A DNA stretch of 64,000 nt, from contig CM097883.1 of the NCBI GenBank assembly GCA_044892505.1, forward strand, positions 394,630,001 to 394,694,000. Direction: 5' to 3'. The translations under genes and the position numbers were made by a program. Below, one piece after another: positions 58,653 through 64,000 of the stretch (the stretch's first letter is position 1; every line of letters begins with the position of its first letter). The notes beneath the pieces were generated by a model that searched no databases, was not told the origin of the DNA, and saw only the letters and a list, made by a program, of their open reading frames with translations. The DNA comes from Schmidtea nova (lineage: Eukaryota).

Positions 58653-59432
58653 TGTTGGGTTATTTTTCTGGTTAAGATCGGTTTACTGACCTGACTCCTC
58701 GTGCTCTTTAATTATCGAAATCAATGAACCCAACACAGAACAATCTTTTTATTCACGATCAACACAAATTACAAATTTTGTTATACACGCTTTTGGTCAA
58801 TTTACGCTTTCTGTTGGATTCGGATTTGACTCTTTAGTTAAAAGGATACTTTCTCACTTTGTCTGTTTGATTCCTTCAGGATCTTTCTTTATTTGTTTTC
58901 GAAACTTTTTAATATTCTCTTTTTTAACTATCAACTCGTCGGGCCCCGTCCTCTGTTTTGTGCTACCTTTTATAGTTCTAGCAAATAGCAATTAGGTTTT
59001 ATCGATACCTAAAAGTTAACCAATATCGGGTTTAATTGTTTTGCTAACAAATTATTTTAATTATCCTCGGATGGATTTTTCCTAATTGCCCCGACTTTGA
59101 TCTTTCAGGTCTCTTCGCGCTCGGGCTTCCTTCATCGCTCGGGTTTCCCATTGCCTCGGGCTTCCCATTGTCTCGGGTTTCCCATTGAGTGATTAATTAA
59201 TTTTAATTAGTTTGTTTTTATTAAATAACTTTCTCTGGGGACCCCTTACTAAATTTCTATTATTAGTTTTGGGTTCGTCTTTTGATTCGGCATTCAACCA
59301 TACCCATTTCACCCAATGCATATTAACTTTTGATAAATTTTAATTAATTTTTGCACTTTTATTTCTTTTGATATTTCTCTGTTTTTACTATTACTTCTTT
59401 GTACTTTTGTTATTTTTATGCTAACCCCAACA
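58653..59432 (-). mobile_element. Solo LTR (780 bp), same family as 56435-57258, inverted
   Basis: Minus strand TGTTGGGGTTAG...ATAACCCAACA; 4-bp TSD TACG on both sides; shared GAAGCCCGAG/AAACCCGAG and CACGAGGAGT blocks. Confidence 0.88.
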
Positions 59433-59884
59433 TACGTAACATTATTTTCAATTACATAAAAACATGTTTGATTATTATTTAACAAATTTTATTGCAAATC
59501 TGATCACATCGTCACATTTTTAGTTACATAATCCCAATTTTAGTAACGTAACCCATGTCATTGACGTAATCACATGTTTAGCGATGTAATTGCATTTCCG
59601 GTGACTTAATCGTATAAATTTGATTTATTTTATTTTTTAGTATTATTTTAGTATTTATTTATTATTAATATAAATTTTTGTTTAATTAATATTTTTCTAT
59701 AAACATTTACGAATAACTCATTTTTCAACAAAACTCACATAAAAGTTCTTGGAAATTTACAAGTTTTTATATAAAATCAATTTTCAAAATCTAAAATTTC
59801 AAAGTAAAAAGTTTTTACTTGCACAGAAAGGTCTACTCTCTTACCATAGCAGGATCTAATTCTATGGTAACCAAATAATTGTTG

Positions 59885-60050
59885 TTTTAACCAGTAGTTA
59901 CCCGTCGCAAGCAACGTTGGTAATGTAACTGTTGGGCGAACATACTCGCAAAAATAGCGCTGTTTCCAAAACTATGATTGATTGAGTAATTTCTACGGGT
60001 TCAAGAGCTATCGATAGAAGATATGTGCTCATTCCTATGTTTGGTCCCTT
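59885..60050 (-). mobile_element. Relic homologous to the 3' end of the giant-element LTR
   Basis: Reverse complement CTTCTATCGATAGCTCTTGAACCC...TCAATCATAGTTT...TACCAACGTT...GACGGGTAAC aligns with 25401-25530. Confidence 0.7.
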
Positions 60051-60391
60051 TCTTACTTTTTAATGTTTATTTAAAATTATTGTTTTTACTACCCGATAGA
60101 AAATAAATGTTTTTACTGGAATCGTTGATTAAAAATAGATTAAAAATAACGTCTCCATCAATAAAAAGAATTAAAGGCAATGAGAATCCAGAAATAACTT
60201 AATAAGTCAGATGAATAAATATAATGCCAATAAAATGGGCGAAATTAGATAGAATTCTAGAAAAGAATAAAGACAAAAAGAATTTTGATTATATGTGTAG
60301 ATGTTATTTAACGATCCTTGAAAAAATAACTTTATGATAATATAAATTATGACAACAGTCTATTTTAACAATTTCATTTCGATATAATAAC

Positions 60392-61152
60392 TAGGGTTGT
60401 TAAACGAGCAACGGTTAACCGGTTTCCGGTTCGCAAACCGGTTTCCGGTTTTCGTACTTACGAACCGGAAACCGTTTCCCCAAATTTGTAATACACATTA
60501 TTGCATTTCCGAGTTTGATCTGGAAATCGGTTAACAAAATAATAAATACAAGAAAAACCTGACATTGACATTGCCAGGATGAATTTATGCATTTGACCCG
60601 TTTGTTGATATCGCACTTTCGAATTCCGCGTTCAACATTTTAGAGTGTTCTTTAATCACCAGTGACGTCACTCGGCTTGACGAGCAATGATCGTATTCTT
60701 TCTAGTTGCGAACAATAAATTAATGTCGTCAGGTAATTCCACCCATGTTTCTAGTACTATCACTGCTACGTGGTTTTACTAGATCTTGGTTTTAGGCTGT
60801 AGACTCATCTGGGCATCTGAGTAATTTTTTTGTCAAATTGGCACTAATCGTAATTTGTTAAAATATATGCTATTTGGCAATTTCAAGTGTTTCTATCTAA
60901 ACTTTCTATTATTAGTATAACAGGAGATTTACATGCCCTCTATCAAAGTCCCAAAGCATGCAGCTGTAATTTTTACTTGGTTGTTCCGCCAGAAAAATCC
61001 GCCAGAAAAATCCGCCAGAAACCGATTCTCGGATCAAAAGTCTAGTCTGCTATGCAGTATGCCCTAGAGCATAGTCAAACCGATGACCGGTTTCAAACTG
61101 GTTTTTCAGAAACGGTTACCGGTTTCGTTAAAATTCGGTTTTAACAACCCTA
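60392..61152. mobile_element. hAT-type MITE (761 bp)
   Basis: TIRs TAGGGTTGTTAAA / TTTAACAACCCTA; 8-bp TSD ATAATAAC on both sides; AACCGGTT subterminal repeats. Confidence 0.93.
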
Positions 61153-62792
61153 ATAATAACTGCACGCTTGGATGGACAGTGAGTTATTGTATTTTATTAA
61201 TTTTTTTTACTTGTAGATTTCAATGTTGTGGATTATGGATTTAAGATGCCTCCAGTCATGTCAAATTAAATCGCAGCAATTTCTTTTGTTTGGTAACTAT
61301 GTTTTTTTAACCATATTAATTTCTTTAATGGTTTTATATTCTTTATTTGATTCATTAAAAAGAATATTTATGAGGTAAAGATTTTTTAATTATCTTTTTA
61401 ATGTGTATATGTTGCACGAAGTACTTTAACTTAAGTATTTTGTCCTTTCTATCGCTGCATCCGAAATTAAATTGTACATTCAATTATGTGTTTTATATGA
61501 AATGAGGTTGTAGATCTGTACAATTGTAGAATTGTCAACTTCTAACAATATGGATTTATGCTTCAACTTCTACCAAACTTCACTACAGCTTTTGCTACCT
61601 GTTTGTATGACTTTCAAATGGTGTTTACACATAAATGTTCCTGATATTTAAAGAAGATTTACTTTGAAAAACAAAACAAAGAAAAATAATAATTCTTTTA
61701 AGGAAAACAAATTTTTAATATAAAAATCTTGGGAATGAACCTCTGGCGGTTCTCTCACATCGTCGTGAGTATGAGACTGGTCTTTAATACCGCGTCAACA
61801 TCATGGGGTTAAACAGTTCGGGAGAATCCACTTAAAAATTGTAAACCCACACAGACTCCATGCATCACAAAAAGTTGGAATACTACAGCGAGTTAGCGAC
61901 TCGGAAGGTCAAGAAATTTAAACAATAAAAAACTTTCATTTTAGTGCTTGCAATGATGTTAATATCAATCGATATTGCATTGATCTTTTTCCAGAAAACC
62001 TTTATTTTAACACAACAATAGAATAGAAATTGACAAAGAAAGCCGTGGCATGTTCCAGTGCCAAATAAAATTAAAAATAGGACGATTAAAATAATCAAAC
62101 CGACGAACCTTTTATGTACGGAAATATACCGTTTCTCCAAAAATTTGGGCAGCTCTGACTGTGTTTCTTGCTACTTCTAAAATAGATATTTTCAAAATTT
62201 TCAGAAAGAACCTCGATTCTTCTTGAAAATTTCTCAATTTCTCAAAACAGTATTGAAAATACTGAAAATGGCATCTATTTATACCATTTGAGAGCATTTA
62301 ATTTAATTGTGTCATTAAAACAAATGCTTCTTGGATGTTCATTTAATTTAATAAAATTTAATTTAAAAGTTAAATATTTTATTTTTACACGAATAAGTTC
62401 ATTACTTTAATAAATTTTATTTTTATCAACATTTTATTTTTTACAAAAATTGTTGTTTTTGTTTTTGTTTTTATTTTTACAATTTACTTTTTTATATTAA
62501 TGCTACTAAAATTAAGCCAATTAATTATAAAAAATTTTTGAATTTTTATATTTACCTAATTCTTTCAATTTCAATTTACTTTTGTTTTAATTATATTTTC
62601 ATGTGTTTCTAACTATTTTTGTTTATTTGGTGTTGGCTCAGATTTTTAAGTACACTTCTTGCGCGCTCTCTACATGCTATGTCCGTGCTCGCTTCTAAAT
62701 TAACGGGATTCAGTTTTTGCCTAACAAAAGTAAAAGTAAAATGACTCGCACACGGTATATTTACAAGTAAAAATGAACAATTATTAGTAAAA

Positions 62793-62855
62793 TACGGTCA
62801 ACTCTCACAAAAACGGTCAACTCTCAAATAAAAACGGTCGACTCCCAGATTTCCA
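62793..62855. repeat. Three short tandem ACGGTC(A/G)ACTC repeats
   Basis: ACGGTCAACTCTCA twice, then ACGGTCGACTCCCA. Confidence 0.6.
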
Positions 62856-63199
62856 AAAAATAAATCTCAATTTCAAAATAATGACCCAAAAAAGGCAAAC
62901 TATCAAAACAAATTTAAAAAGTTCAAAAAGCCTAAAATTAAATTTTCAAGTGAAAAGTCTAAAATTAGATATTATCTATCAAAAAAAGTGTAATATCGAT
63001 GTATCAGATGAAAAACAATTCAATGAAAGTAAAAGTTTATTTAAAAAATATAATCATCTCAATAAAAAGTCATTGAAAAATATTAATAAAAAAGCCTGAA
63101 AAATAATTTTCAAGAAATAGAAAAGCCTTAAAAATCCAATCCTATATAAATAGTAAGCCAAAAATTAATTTAAGGTGATTAAAATTAATTAAAAGTGAT

Positions 63200-63730
63200 G
63201 ATATTGAAAGTATTTTTATTAATTGATATCTTTTAATAATAATATTTAAATATATTATTAATAATCATTATTTTGATAATATTTATATTAAATATTAATG
63301 ATAATTTTTATTAATAATAGTAATTTATTTAATAATAATTTTAAATAAAAATAATTAATAATATTCCTTATTTATAAAAATAATAAATTTTATTATTTTT
63401 AAATAATTTTAATTTTAATATTAATAATAAATAATTAATAAGAATAAGATTAATTATAGTAATATTATTTATAATAAATAATATTTACAATAATTATTAT
63501 ATTTTGAATTTTTTAGACTTCTATTTTTTAGTTTTCACATACTATAGATTTTTTAATTGATTTGCATTATTGACTTTCTTTAAAGAATAATTTTATTGTT
63601 TTATTTTTATTAATTTATTTTATCGATTTAATTTCAATTATTATTTATTTTAATTATTGTTTTATTTTCATTAATTTTCATTAAATTTTACTAATGATTT
63701 TATTTATTGTTTTATTTATTTTCATTAGTA
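63200..63730. repeat. Extremely AT-rich low-complexity tract
   Basis: Almost no G/C over about 500 bp. Confidence 0.8.
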
Positions 63731-64000
63731 TGTAGAAGTAAGCTGACAATGACTCATTAATTTTCGTCGAAATTTTTCCAAGTCCGAAATAGTCACGTTT
63801 GAAGGTCAAGATCATTAGAACAAAGACAGTTGTTACTATTTTTAGACTAAAAATGATGTGAGTACACAGTGACTCATCATTTCTCGAAATTTCTTTTTGG
63901 TTATTATTATTTCATAAATATTATTTAATGAAAATTTGTGGTTGTTAGTCATGCACATGTATTGTATTTTTGATAATTTATTATTATTTTATTATAATTA

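Noticed and set aside
61480-62300. Mixed-composition stretch that might be decayed coding sequence
   Set aside because: No consistent frame or diagnostic motif on either strand.
1-64000. tRNA, rRNA or prokaryotic defence/operon features
   Set aside because: No cloverleaf or rRNA-like segment was recognised. The only tRNA-related sequences are primer-binding sites.

Overview
Very AT-rich animal genomic DNA: short GT-AG introns, (ATT)n/(TA)n microsatellites and two N gaps. Composition and repeat content suggest a planarian-type flatworm, but that is inference. Host content is sparse: a WDR83/MORG1 gene, a frameshifted ABCA-type exon, a decayed NR2-type nuclear receptor fragment and one TM-encoding exon. 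The rest is mostly nested transposon debris: three Ty3/Gypsy copies, a Buster-type hAT transposase, a Polinton-type pPolB relic, solo LTRs, hAT MITEs and a Helitron. The centrepiece is a 28,113-bp LTR element (19917-48029). It has two apparently identical 5,697-bp TG...CA LTRs, a 4-bp CCTG target-site duplication and a tRNA-Pro-like PBS, but no visible RT, RNase H or integrase. Its internal region carries a same-strand array of intronless cargo ORFs: an IAP-type RING, a UBL-aspartic protease-ankyrin-(signal peptide/FN3-like) polyprotein, a full TRAF, a BIR-BIR-UBA-RING IAP, coiled-coil proteins, and two type I membrane proteins each split by one in-frame TAG. Each LTR also holds a GC-rich ORF. 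Most ORFs have a splice-acceptor-like YAG just before the ATG. The element looks like a young, non-autonomous giant retroelement carrying an apoptosis/TNF-ubiquitin signalling toolkit. In size it resembles the Burro giant LTR families reported for Schmidtea mediterranea; I could not check whether this cargo has already been described.
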